The translations under genes were made by a program, and so were the position numbers. From NCBI RefSeq assembly GCF_001194135.2, contig NC_068987.1, positions 100,686,672 to 100,750,671 of the forward strand: DNA of 64,000 bases, in the 5' to 3' direction. Numbering within the stretch: the stretch's first letter is position 1; the number at the start of each line of letters is the position of its first letter. Positions 23,367 to 35,937 of the stretch are shown piece by piece. This stretch comes from Octopus bimaculoides. Taxonomy: Eukaryota. The notes under the pieces are model-generated. The model had not been told where the DNA came from. It was given only the letters and a program-made list of their open reading frames with translations, and did not search any database.

Positions 23367-26300
23367 TCATAAATATACAGGGATTAGCAATTGAGTTTCT
23401 TCTCCAACATACTGAAAATTTAGAAATAGCAGTCAAAGAACTACTGATTCCAAACTACAAATTTTTCTCTAAAGCGGATGGCGATATTTATGGCACACAT
23501 AGAACAAATAACCGGAGGGAAAAGCGTAAACAAACCAAGCCTTTAGTTAATTGGATACGAATCGTTTCATGGTTAAGTGAATNNNNNNNNNNNNNNNNNN
23601 NNNNNNNNNNNNNNNNNNNNNNNNNNNNNNNNNNNNNNNNNNNNNNNNNNNNNNNNNNNNNNNNNNNNNNNNNNNNNNNNNNNNNNNNNNNNNNNNNNNN
23701 NNNNNNNNNNNNNNNNNNNNNNNNNNNNNNNNNNNNNNNNNNNNNNNNNNNNNNNNNNNNNNNNNNNNNNNNNNNNNNNNNNNNNNNNNNNNNNNNNNNN
23801 NNNNNNNNNNNNNNNNNNNNNNNNNNNNNNNNNNNNNNNNNNNNNNNNNNNNNNNNNNNNNNNNNNNNNNNNNNNNNNNNNNNNNNNNNNNNNNNNNNNN
23901 NNNNNNNNNNNNNNNNNNNNNNNNNNNNNNNNNNNNNNNNNNNNNNNNNNNNNNNNNNNNNNNNNNNNNNNNNNNNNNNNNNNNNNNNNNNNNNNNNNNN
24001 NNNNNNNNNNNNNNNNNNNNNNNNNNNNNNNNNNNNNNNNNNNNNNNNNNNNNNNNNNNNNNNNNNNNNNNNNNNNNNNNNNNNNNNNNNNNNNNNNNNN
24101 NNNNNNNNNNNNNNNNNNNNNNNNNNNNNNNNNNNNNNNNNNNNNNNNNNNNNNNNNNNNNNNNNNNNNNNNNNNNNNNNNNNNNNNNNNNNNNNNNNNN
24201 NNNNNNNNNNNNNNNNNNNNNNNNNNNNNNNNNNNNNNNNNNNNNNNNNNNNNNNNNNNNNNNNNNNNNNNNNNNNNNNNNNNNNNNNNNNNNNNNNNNN
24301 NNNNNNNNNNNNNNNNNNNNNNNNNNNNNNNNNNNNNNNNNNNNNNNNNNNNNNNNNNNNNNNNNNNNNNNNNNNNNNNNNNNNNNNNNNNNNNNNNNNN
24401 NNNNNNNNNNNNNNNNNNNNNNNNNNNNNNNNNNNNNNNNNNNNNNNNNNNNNNNNNNNNNNNNNNNNNNNNNNNNNNNNNNNNNNNNNNNNNNNNNNNN
24501 NNNNNGCTGTTTCAGGAAAACCAATGTATTCCTTCATCGGAGACGGTAAAAGTAGAGCAATGGATTATTACATCTATAAGAGGAGATTTGTAGTAAGAAG
24601 TGAGAGCGATGCGCTGAAAAAAGAACAAAGAAGAAAAAGTACTTGGAGTGTAGCTTCCTTCCAGCAGTAAACATCCATGTATAGAATTCTTGTGGGTATT
24701 TCCGGAGTTAATTGTAGTAGCAAAGGTGGATATATATCACATCGTATCCGGAGTACTCTGTGTGTTGTTTACTCAAAGGATAGTCCAAATCAAGTGAAAT
24801 TGCTACCAGATCAAATATGCTTGAGGCATGCTCGAACACGTAAGAAAGCCATTTACTTTGTTTTGTGAAGGAGAAAATCTATTGCAGTGGACAGATCGGT
24901 GTAAACGTACCAAATCCGTTCACAGAGAGAAATTTTCTCCAAGACGAAATAATGTCAAGACTTTATTACGGGTTAGAATTTGTTATATTCGAACTGATAA
25001 CAAGATTTTATTCATTTGCAGTACTGCCAGAATGGAACAGCCAGCTCGTGAAATTAACGTGCATGTGACTGACCAATCCTCAGACATACGTACACTAAAC
25101 CGTTTAGCATTCAGATTACTTTGTCAAACATGATGCTTATTTATACAAATTAGCCTGATTTAATTATGCGTTATACCATTGCTTTGAGATTTGAATGACG
25201 TAATTGCATATTTTTAGAATGACACTATACAGAAAGTGTGAGAAAGAGAATATAACTGGTTTGAACACGATAGACGCGGAATATTTGGGCCCGATATAGC
25301 CAGTTTAATTGATAAACTGTTAACGTTGCTCTCAGTGAGATCCAGCGGGGAAGAGAATGTGAAAATACTGGCCCTGTGAAACGTAAGTACTACTTATTGT
25401 TGCCAAGCGAGTGGAATGGAGGAATGTAAAATTAACTAACTTGTTCGCGGTCGCAAAGAGCCGCTAAAAATCGAAATCATGACCGTACGATCGTACGCCG
25501 AATACTCTAATCACGAAGCCAAGCAACTACACATGCGCGCACACACACATGTCTGTGTTTGTGTTTGAGAGTGTGTGTGTGTATTTGAGTATGTGTGTGT
25601 ATCAGTGTGTGAGGGTGTGCGTGTGTGCGCGTGCGTGTATGTGTGTGTGAATAGAATACCAGTCCATTAATTCGTTTTGGTAATACTTCCAATAATTCAA
25701 ATGTCAAGGCTTGATTGAGAAATCACACTAGCGGCTTGAGAATGGCGTTAGTGTTTCACCCGATTATAGAATAATCTGCGACAAACAAATTAAGTCCTCC
25801 AGTTGGAATTAAGTAAAACTAACCACTGAATGCTCCTCGTCGAGATCGACGATGAATCCACCTTCACGTGAGAAGTATAATGGACCGAGAGGGTTAGGAA
25901 AACATTTGAAAAATAGCTCTTCTATCATAACAAAGTCGCAGCACAAGTTCTGCCATTTCTTATCGTTATAGAGACTGACAGGTAACCAGATTTGATTCCC
26001 TAAGTTCAGTTTTTTTATTCACTCTGTGGCTTTCAATAAAATTCAAAACATACATATTGAAAAGGAACGGAGCAGGAATTGAGAGATTTGGAGTAATACG
26101 TATTTTGTTGTTTTATCCACCATATATATTTCCTTATATCATTCTTTTATACTCAATATATTACTATATATTTTGCTTTTTCTCTTTCATGTGTTTTATT
26201 TTTCTCATGTTATTTTTCTTCACAAAATATATAACACACAAACAAATACCTCCAATCTTCAACATAGACAGAAATCAATTTCCTATTTTTATAAGAAACT

Positions 26301-27777
26301 ATTTGGAAACTCGTTAGCAATTCTGACAGTGGCAGCCATTGGCCGGGCTATTGATAAAACTTCCTTCTTCAGGCTAAACACTCTAAATATTATTTAGCTT
26401 GTCTTGTTTTCTTCTTTGTCAAAATTGTTTTTTATGCTTTTTTCTCCAATATTATTACATATATTTCCGTCCGTATGAATATACATGCAAATATATATGT
26501 GATTTTTGCGTCTATGTATACATGCAAACACACACATACACACACGCACAGACACACACACATGCACCAAGCACACACGCGCCCACACACGTACATACAC
26601 ACACATGTACACACACACACACACGCACACACATGCAGACATACACTCACACACATATCTACATATATGAACGTGAGTTCTATGTACATTTCTATACGTA
26701 ATATATAAATGTATGTGTGTATGAATGTGTGCGTGATTGTATGTATAGTTCTATGCCAGTGTATGTGTAAATGCGAATGTACATATGGATCAATGCGATT
26801 GTGTAAGCGTAAGTACAAAATTTGAGCATCTGTGAAATTACATGCGTAAATAGACACACACATTTGCTCAAACGCATATACATTAATACGCATTCACCAC
26901 AAGATGTATGAACGTATATTTATATATTCCTAAACGAGTATGTGTTTTTGTGTCTGCGTGCAGGTGACTGTGTGTCTATAACAGTTGAACGTCTTTCTCC
27001 TTGTTTCATAAAGCCATATATTTGTGTTTTATCGAAGTTTGAATATTTTCATCTGATAAGACACATACCATTTTATTGTCGATTTTATGAGTGCAGATTA
27101 TTGTCACACCTTTTATATCAGCGACTTAATGTATTGCTTTCTTTGTTATTGCTCTTGCTTATCCCCGTACGAGCCTTAATGGGTTACATCAAACATTAAA
27201 CTTGTTCAGGCCATTAACGTCTCTGAAAACTCAGGATCACTTTATCCGGTGTGTATTTTTGGAAGACAATAGGTTATGCATTAATGGATTGACGGAGGTT
27301 CGACTTAGGTTTCAAGCATATCAGATGATATCATACAGGCCTACTTCGTTGTCCTAAACCTGTTTGTATGATTAGGTATCATTCGCTTCTCATGAGTGTT
27401 CATGTTCAAATATATTTCTATATTTTTGAAATTTCGAATATTCATTTTTCAGATATAGTTTAGTGTGTTTCAGAACTATCTAATGGCTTTAGACATCTAC
27501 AATATTTCCACCAGTATACTCAAAGAAAGTCTAAATTACATGTATACATGTATATACATGCATTTTATGCATATTTATACATATACTTATGAAAGTATGA
27601 ATATATACATATAAATGTGTATTATATATGCATATATGTTATATATATATATATAATTATATACGTTAGAAATAAAGATTCAGCTGGATTACGCACTGGT
27701 CGAAGTAAGGTGAATCAAATCAAAATAAGAAACAGAATATCAAGTATAGAGAGAGAGAGACATATATGTATATATAA

Positions 27778-27825
<48 letters not shown>

Positions 27826-27989
27826 NNNNNNNNNNNNNNNNNNNNNNNNNNNNNNNNNNNNNNNNNNNNNNNNNNNNNNNNNNNNNNNNNNNNNNNNNNN
27901 NNNNNNNNNNNNNNNNNTATAGTTTCCTGGCAATATATATGCTACATAATGTGCGGACTTCGGGCGTGGTAGATATCCAAGCGTGTTGT

Positions 27990-28780
27990 ATACCGGAGGT
28001 TACTCTTCAGAAGCGTATCTTGATTAAATGAGGTTTGTATTCTGATCGAATCGCCCGTGCGTTGACATGTACCTCCTTGCGATAATGCAAACTCCATTTA
28101 ATCAAAATACACTTGTCCTGAAGAGTAGCCTGCGGTATACCTGACTAGGCATCCACAACTTCCGAGGTTCCGCTCTCTACGAAACATATGTAGTCCGGAT
28201 ACTATGTACTTCATTACTTAACTATTTTATTTTATTCGAATACCTGGCAATCCTGGCTGCCCGTCATTTACTTTTTTAGCTTATCACACTTCGATACAGA
28301 AAAGAAGTCCACAACCTTCCACCTCAATAAACCTCCATAGATCCTGAAAGTTGACTTTTATCTGAGGTTTGCTTGACTTTTACCAGTTGAGCATGCTCCT
28401 TAATGGTTGACAATATGTGCATTTCTGATCACGAGTAGAAGTTGCGGGAGAGCATCATAGCCATAAGTTAAGAGGACTTCATTGGGGTTTGAATAATTCC
28501 TCAGTGGACCCATGGATGTTTCGTTCAACGTCTTTAAACAATTCTTATTCAGGGAACTTTTGAGCAGAATGAGCTACTCAACTTGAAGCAAATTCTAACT
28601 GGGTCACATCTGCAATGTTATGCAGCGTTTATCTTGATATGAAATCACCATGTCGCGCACATATGGTTGGGATGCATGTGCTTTGTGTAGCCTTATCAAA
28701 TGGGTAGTTATGATTGGTTTATTGGGCTTCCTATATTTTACCCCAGTATCTCTTCGACGGTAAGCGCTGCTCTTTTTCTC
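27990..28780 (-). mobile_element. CR1/L2-like LINE 3' fragment, heavily decayed
   Basis: Minus strand shows DGQPGLPG near 28240-28270, like the terminal PD(Q)P..PGY motif of CR1/L2-like ORF2. GC-richer block. Probably related to 48260-48800. Confidence 0.5.
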
Positions 28781-28781
28781 A

Positions 28782-28846
<65 letters not shown>
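28782..28846. repeat. (TAA)n microsatellite
   Basis: Directly visible. Confidence 0.97.
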
Positions 28847-28848
<2 letters not shown>

Positions 28849-30029
28849 GTAGATGTAACAAAAGAAAACACAACAAAAGTACGAGACGTTAACACGTTAT
28901 ATTAGACTGATGCTCAAGTAAGAATTGAGAGTGAAAAAGCAAAACACCCATGCGTAGATTAATGACCTTACACATATTCATGTAGATATTCATATCAGCG
29001 TATATATATATGAGTACATGTGTCTATATGTGGGGGTGTATGTCAGTGTGAGTATGTGTGTGTATGGTGGTGTTTGTCCATTTTCCCATGAGACATCATG
29101 TGCCATTCTAATTTCTTGTTATACGAAATAAATTTCATACCTTTGGCACTACTTCGTATGAATGACCTGAATAAAAGAATTTCATAAAGTTTATTGAGAT
29201 ATTGATATAAATTTTAGTTTTATATCCCCATTACAAATACAGTGACAGCAATAAAATTAACCACTAATTTTATTTTGGTTTCATGATCCACATTAATATT
29301 TCTTTTTATGTTCATGCGGACGAGCAATGCCCAGGTGTAGTTTCCGATATTTCTCGACTTAGGGAATACGTTGAACATTTCCTTTATTTCAATGGTGTTT
29401 AGCTCGAAATATTTGTTATATAACATACTGTACAGACATTCTTATTTAATTAATATTATTTAATTATTGCATTTATTTGAGATGTCATGTCCGAGAAAGT
29501 ATACTGTTCATCAGTTTCAACTTTTAAATCCCATGTAACCGCAGAAAGAAACAGATTATGTATTTCTGCAGGATCTGGAGAAGAGGGATAACAAAATAAT
29601 AGACTCCGCTTAAAGAGCCTAATGGCTACGTAGAGAGTTTTAAAATGAACATAAGGTGAAGAGATATAGAATAGCTGTGTAGTGTTTGCAGTAACACGTA
29701 GTAGTAAGATCTAGTATTGCCACAAAGTATGAATGTTTGAAGGGAGTACGATATTGTGACTTAGTTTTACCTCTGTATATAACTGGTACTAAATATTTTC
29801 CCTCGTTGAAATGATAAACGGCAAAACGCAAATTTGATAGTATTGGAACTCACTATGCAAATGAACACAACTAAACCCAAGTAAAGTTTGTCAAGCTCTC
29901 TGTTCCACAAAATATTTTGTCTGATGTCAACATTTCCGCGATACTCACACTTCAATCAGTAAATTTTACTTTTCATATTTCTTTTTAATTTTGGATCAAG
30001 AATTGCAAAACTGAAAGGTGAGAGCATAT

Positions 30030-30189
30030 TGTTGGTTCCATCGATCCCTATACTTAGCTGGAAGGTCATCTTATCAATTTCGAAATGATGAAAGACAAAG
30101 TTGACTTAGGAGGGATTCGGGCACAGAACGTAAAGAACCGATGAAAATGACGCGAAGTAATTTGTCCAACGGGCGAGCGATTATGCCAT
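30030..30189 (-). mobile_element. SINE family B, old copy
   Basis: Reverse complement aligns to the family B body (TGGCATAATCG...TTTACGTTCTG...GTCAACTTTGTCTTTCATC). Confidence 0.65.
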
Positions 30190-30221
30190 TTCAAATGTAT
30201 TATTAATAAGAGATATAACGA

Positions 30222-30430
30222 AGGCAGTGAGCTGCTATATTGCTTAGCATACCGAGCGAAATGCTAAGTGGTATTTCGTCCGTCCTAACATTTTAAGTTC
30301 AAACTCCGACTTTGTTTTTCATCCTTTCGTGTTTGATACTATAAAAAACCATTTCGTTACGTTACTGCGGCCTATGTAATCAACTTAAATCTCCCACGAA
30401 ATTGCTGGCCTTGTGACAAACTTTGAAACC
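30222..30430 (+). mobile_element. SINE family B, old copy
   Basis: GGCAGTGAGCTG...GCGAAATGCTAAGTGGTATTTCGTCC...AAGTTCAAACTCC...TTTCATCCTTTCG...GCTGGCCTTGTG. Confidence 0.75.
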
Positions 30431-32112
30431 TCAATAAATATATTGTCTCTTACATAAAAATTATGAATGTATAACGTTAACATCGTTATATCAATGTTAG
30501 AAAAACAAGCTTACAGTGCTGGGTTAGAGTGTAAGTTAAGTAAGTTACAATTTAGAGCCTCAAAATGCGGAAATGTCTGAAAATAATACTTTTGTGTAGC
30601 TTCTAGCGAAAATATCTCAGAAAATTCCTCTAAGCCTTATGTTTTAGAGCCCTACTAATTATGAATCAGACCCTAGTACTATATCCTTCATGCATACATC
30701 TGCTTAGATACAAATAAATGGCATCAAATTACATATAAGTGAAGGAAATGTTTGAATTCAAATTAAATGTGGAAGTTGGAGTATGTCTATAGCAGTCTGA
30801 ATGATAATATTGGTATAAAAAGAAATTACTACTATCTAGGCTGGTAATAAAGCTAAAGATTAGCTTCATAAAACGACAGCAAGAAAATTCCCATACATAC
30901 TAAATTCCTTCGAAGTCTGCTAATAGTATATGAAAAGAAATAAATATCTTAACCTTTAAAGAAAAACTCAGAAATCCAATCTGTGAGCAGAGGAGTTTCA
31001 TTGAGGTACGATGGGTAAAGCCTTAACTGGAAACTACTACAAGACATATATTAAAAAGTGTGATATAGTTATGTACGCAATATGTAAATTTTGTGAAGAA
31101 ACATTTAATCGCATTATTTCTTCATCGCTAATACACAGTAATAATAATAAACATACTCGGTATGGAAATTTTGCCAGCCTTATGAATTGTCATCAGAAAA
31201 GATTGGCCTAAATATTCATCGAAAAATGACTTAGAAAATTATAATTTGATTATATTCTACGACATACCATTCCGATGAAACAAAGACAACAGGTCGCATA
31301 TACTGAGTAGTTTTGTCGCGCGTAATTAGGAGAGGAAATAGCTTTCCATATAATTTAGAGTTCCAGCAGATGCTAATAAATCTCTAATTGAAATAGGTTG
31401 GTACCCCACACACGAAGAATTTAGAAACAATGATAATCCGTTTGCAGAAACAATCAACATCATTTTAGCCATGAGAAATATTGAAGATGCTGAGTATTAC
31501 TTAGCTGAGATTCCAAGACTACCTCATGTACACAAATATCTGAAAATAGCACAGCTGGTCACTATATAAATATTAGATTGCTTTGAAAGCAATATGAAAG
31601 GTAATAGTATACTCCATAACCCAAAGTACATACGGCTGCGGTCAATTGTATAATATGAAAGCACAAGACAAATAAAACAGCCGAGATGGTGATGGTTGTG
31701 TTGTTGATGATGATAACGATAACGATGATGTTGATGACGACGACGACGACAACAACGACAGAATATAGAATATAAAAGAAGGTTAATGCATAGTCCGGTA
31801 AAATAAAATTCGATAATACCGCCTTTGTAGACATCGCAACCAATATAAAATAATTAATAGGTATTGGAAAATTCTATGGGAAACTAATCTTAATATCAAA
31901 GTCGTGAACAAAATATCAGGTTGATCATTGAGATCAATGATCTGTAAATCTTATCCTTTTGATAGAAAAATAAGTAGAAAGGCTTGCATGATTTCTGTAA
32001 CAAGCCTTTGTATCGACTGAAAGAACAGAAACTTCGTATATCGCATAATGTGTCTAGAAGGAGCATGTGCCGATATTAAAGAAAATTATGCTTAACTTGG
32101 ATTAGAGAGGAA

Positions 32113-32312
32113 AAGTATTCTTTTCTACTATAGGAACAAGGCCCGAAGTTTTGAGGGAGGGGGGTAGTCATTTAGATCGACCTCAGTGCGCTACTGGTAC
32201 TTAATTTATCCAACCCGAAAGGATGAAAGGCAAATTCGACCTCGGCGGAATTTGAAATCAGAAAGTTAAGACAGACGAAATACTGCTAAGCATTTCGCCC
32301 GGCGTGCTAACG
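32113..32312 (-). mobile_element. SINE family B (5'-truncated)
   Basis: Reverse complement closely matches 61598-61812. Confidence 0.9.
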
Positions 32313-32315
32313 TTC

Positions 32316-32548
32316 TTTATTTCTTTATTGCCAACAAAGGGCTAAACATGGAGGGGACAAACAAGGTGAGACAAAGGTATTAAGTCAATTATATCGACCC
32401 CAGTGCGTAACTAGTACTTAATTTATCGACCCCGAAAGGATGAAAGTCAAAGTCGACTTCGGCAGAATTTGAACTCAGAACGTAACGGCAGACGAAATAC
32501 CAATTTCTGTATTGCCCACAGGGGGCCAAACACAGAAATGGACAAACC
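32316..32548 (-). mobile_element. SINE family B variant plus an extra tail segment (head-to-tail chain)
   Basis: Body at about 32385-32502 matches 32170-32285. The tail ATTTCTTTATTGCC.ACA.GGG..AAAC...GGACAAAC occurs on both sides (about 32317-32360 and 32503-32548). Confidence 0.85.
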
Positions 32549-32859
32549 AACTGATTGGGATCAGTAATTCGTTATGATTCTACATAAAATATGAATATAA
32601 AAATTATATAAAATACAAAACAAAATGTAGCGATGACCACGCTCGCACCCCACAAGCTCCGATCTATCGTTGGTACCTTTTTTTTTCTTCTGTTACAGCC
32701 TATTCATACGGTTCCTTGCACTCGAGCAACATACTTCTATCTATTTTTGAACATAGATAGCCGGAATAGCAGGAGGGCCTTACGGCACTCTTTATACCAT
32801 TCACTCGACCTCGGTCTATGAAAACACCAGGCTTCCTTTTCGCAAAAAAAAAATGTTTG

Positions 32860-33555
32860 AACTCGGGTAACAATTATCTGGCGATCGGATACCACACCCG
32901 TTCACCATCCGGGAGAATCTAGAGATGTCTCAACTTCAACGCATGCCTGCGCATCATTAATAATGGCATCCCTAAACCTCCCTTTAACGACTTTTGACAA
33001 TAGGCAGAGCATTTCACAAGTGGTGACCTGCCCTTCCACAAAAAGCAAAAGAGCTCTCTCTCCAACCTAATCAACCACGAATCCGGATAGGCACGATGGT
33101 CAGGCGGTAGTTAATGACCGATGCGATAAACACATTTGCCACATACGCCTTCCCTTTCAGGGATAGCCACCACCATGACCAAGTCTTGACTACTGCAGCC
33201 ACCCTGCTCGAAACCTCCGTCAAATTGTTCTCTAACTGGAGGCCTGACCCAAACCAGACTCCCAGCAAGTTAACCGGTCCCTCTGTCCAGCGCTCAACAA
33301 CGCTGTCTGAAAGCATCGACTGGCCAACCCCGGTGCCGAGCTGCAAGCCGACCGACTTTTCCAGGTTAATCTTTGCTCCTGCAACCGTCTCTTAAACCTC
33401 AATAGCCTTACCCACTTCACTTAGGCGTGCTACTGTGGTTACGATGATAGTCCACGTAATCTGTAACAAACTCCCTTAAAACTGGTTCTCTCGGGATGCC
33501 ACTCAACCTTCGCAGTAGGGTCTCAAAAGCCACTACATACAAAAGTGGTGAGAGC
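32860..33555 (-). mobile_element. Tx1/L1-clade LINE ORF2 (RT/thumb) fragment
   Basis: QLSPLLYVVAFE, degenerate YADD (YVDY), AGAKINLEKSVGLQLG, LLGVWFG, LSLKGKAYVANVFIASVINYRL, FLWKGRSPLV, GGLGMP. Confidence 0.85.
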
Positions 33556-33559
33556 TGAC

Positions 33560-34396
33560 ATATCTAAATTACACAAAAATCAAAATGACATTGACATCTC
33601 ATTTTAACACATATATTTACCAAAAGTACATAAAAAATATCTTGAAATGCTAAAGAGTAAATTTAATTTATTCAATAAAACCACCAACTACAACTTCCAG
33701 ACGACTTTAGAATCTTCTGCAACTTGTCAGGACGATCTCCTTGTTTAAGTTGGTGAATGCTGCTATAATCCTTGCCTTCAGATCATATTTGGAGTTATAA
33801 GGAATTTTGTTGATAACTCGCTCAACTGCGCCCAACACAGAATAATAAGGGACTTGTAGTCTGGTGAGTTAGACGATATGGTCGCAGAAATTATCTTTCA
33901 GCCATGGAGTGGCTTCTCCTGCTTGTGTGCAATGATGCAGAGTTCTATTGGTAGACATAGTGTCTTCAACCAGCCACCCTCTTGAAGTAGGGCAGCACTG
34001 CCTTCCCCAAGCACTTGATGTTGGGCTCCGTGTAAAATCTGAAGTTGTTTGAGAAGATGAATAGAAGCATAAAGTCGCCATCACTAGAGATTACTCCAAA
34101 TACCATGATGTTGACTGGATATCACTCTCGGTAGAAGTCCTTAAATTGCACTGCCCCCGGACTGACAACCAAACACTCTAAAATATTCGTACTGGAGCTT
34201 CCGGCTCGAATGCCAAGCAGTATAACCTGTCGTTTCGAAATATCTGCCAGAGTAAATTGTGTCCTGCCGCTGCTTTTCTCACTGACAGTGCCCTGTTGAC
34301 CCTACCATACTTTGTAGTCGACAAAATCCAAAACAAACAATGTGCATGCGCGAACTTAAAAATATGAAATGTCGACAATTTATTCATCACACCCTG
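33560..34396 (-). mobile_element. Internally deleted, 3'-truncated DD37D-type mariner element
   Basis: One TIR (CAGGGTG|TA, TA at 34397-98). Transposase remnants VNIMVFGVISSDG, WLKDNFCDH, SPDY, YNSKYDLKARIIAAFTNL. Second TIR absent. Confidence 0.8.
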
Positions 34397-35161
34397 TATA
34401 TATGCTTCGACATAACGTACACAAATAGGGTAGATTGATCTATGTCTTGCTTAGGCGTGCCCGGGTTATCAATAGAGCCAAAATATTCAATGTGATATTG
34501 TATCTTTGAAGCATTCATCATGTAGACTTATTATCATAGGCTTCATCATAATTTTGTGTTCAGAAGGATGGTAAACTTGGTAAGGCTGAAAGTAGATGGT
34601 ATAACCTCGCTATAATACAGTGGCTTTTACTACATAACATCTCTTTACAAATTTAATGCTAGTGAAATTATTTATTTTTAAGCATTTTAGTTGCGACTAA
34701 ATCTATTAAATTATACCCTTCTATATAACTATCGTAATATTATACTATTATACTCGATAGAAAACTATAATAGAGAAATAACTTTGTTATTAGTCTACAC
34801 AATAGAAGTAAACTTATGAATAAAATATATAAATAATAATATTTTATAAATATTAAAGTAGCTTTATAACTTTAAATAAAAAAGGAATAAAGCAATGAAA
34901 GAAATGTTGTTTTTTCTTATTTATTCAACCCTTTGAATAAAGAAGTTTTTTGTTTCTTTTTTATTCAACCCTTTGAATAATTTCACATAAGATGATATAT
35001 AATTTAAATATATATGAAAGTCTCAATTTGTTTTTGTTCTTCCTTTTTCTATATAGATACACCAGATATGGATGGGAAGTTAAGGTCACGGTTGAACTGG
35101 ATAAAAGATCTGTTATAGCTTTGTTTTTCAACTTAATCCACACACTTTCATACTACATATA

Positions 35162-35937
35162 CGTGGACTCATCAATCAGTTTGAAGGCTGTTGCCATTAG
35201 TAACGAAGCTAAAGCACGTATGTGAAGCCACTTGACACAGATTGACCTTCAACTCAATTGTGCAGGTGCAGTAAGTTTCAAGATTCTAGCTCAAATTCGC
35301 TGTTTACAGCAGTGCCGGAAAGAAGGGGTGTAGCGTGTGATTGTCGCATTAATTATGACAGAAAGTTGATCAGATAATCTGCATAAATTTGTTCCTAAAT
35401 CTTGGCGACACCTTCTCAGCGGCCTACGCAAAGTTTTAAAACGTATTCATCGTTCTGAACACAATCAAGAAAAATCTTTGGCAACTGAAACCCGAGTGTA
35501 CAATTCGTCAGCTGATGGTGATTCGACCATTTACCCTCATAGCTGCAAGCAAATCTGCGATGTTTGTCTCAGTTCTGCTGGGTGCAGATCACCCAGACCT
35601 TTCGTCAATATCGATACTTTTTCGGCCATTTGGAAACATCTGAACCACTCATAAACTTTGTACACTTGTGTACGGCTCATACACTCCTCTCCATACACTT
35701 TCTGCACCTTTGTGTAGACCTCTGAGCAGGTATCGCATGACAACTGTCTTTATCATGGTTAATACGATGACCACACGCTACACACCTATCTGGTAAGCAC
35801 TGTTTAAACAGCAGAAGTGAGGTAGAACGTTGAAACTTGAGGCACATGCACAGCTGTATGTGAGTACAATCTTTGTTAAGCGACTTTACTCTGCGTGCTT
35901 TAGCTTTGCTACTATGGCAACGGTCCGGATACGTTCT
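35162..35937. mobile_element. Mariner-derived symmetric element made of two inverted 5' ends
   Basis: 35185-35430 (+) and 35700-35925 (-) are diverged inverted copies (GTTGCCAT.AGTA.C.AAGCTAAAGCACG...GGTGTAGCGTGTG). The minus arm encodes the mariner N-terminus VYGEECMSRTQVY..EWFRCF. Confidence 0.75.

Noticed and set aside
23357-25133. Open frames flanking the 23583-24505 gap (GLAIEFLLQHTENLE...; AVSGKPMYSF...)
   Set aside because: No motif I can assign. TACAGGG at the start hints at a decayed Tc1-like element, but the gap prevents a call.
31011-31570. BED-finger-like YAICKFC ORF and a following 71-codon stop-free frame
   Set aside because: The His pair and spacing are not convincing, and many frames of this length are expected by chance in about 55 kb of AT-rich DNA.
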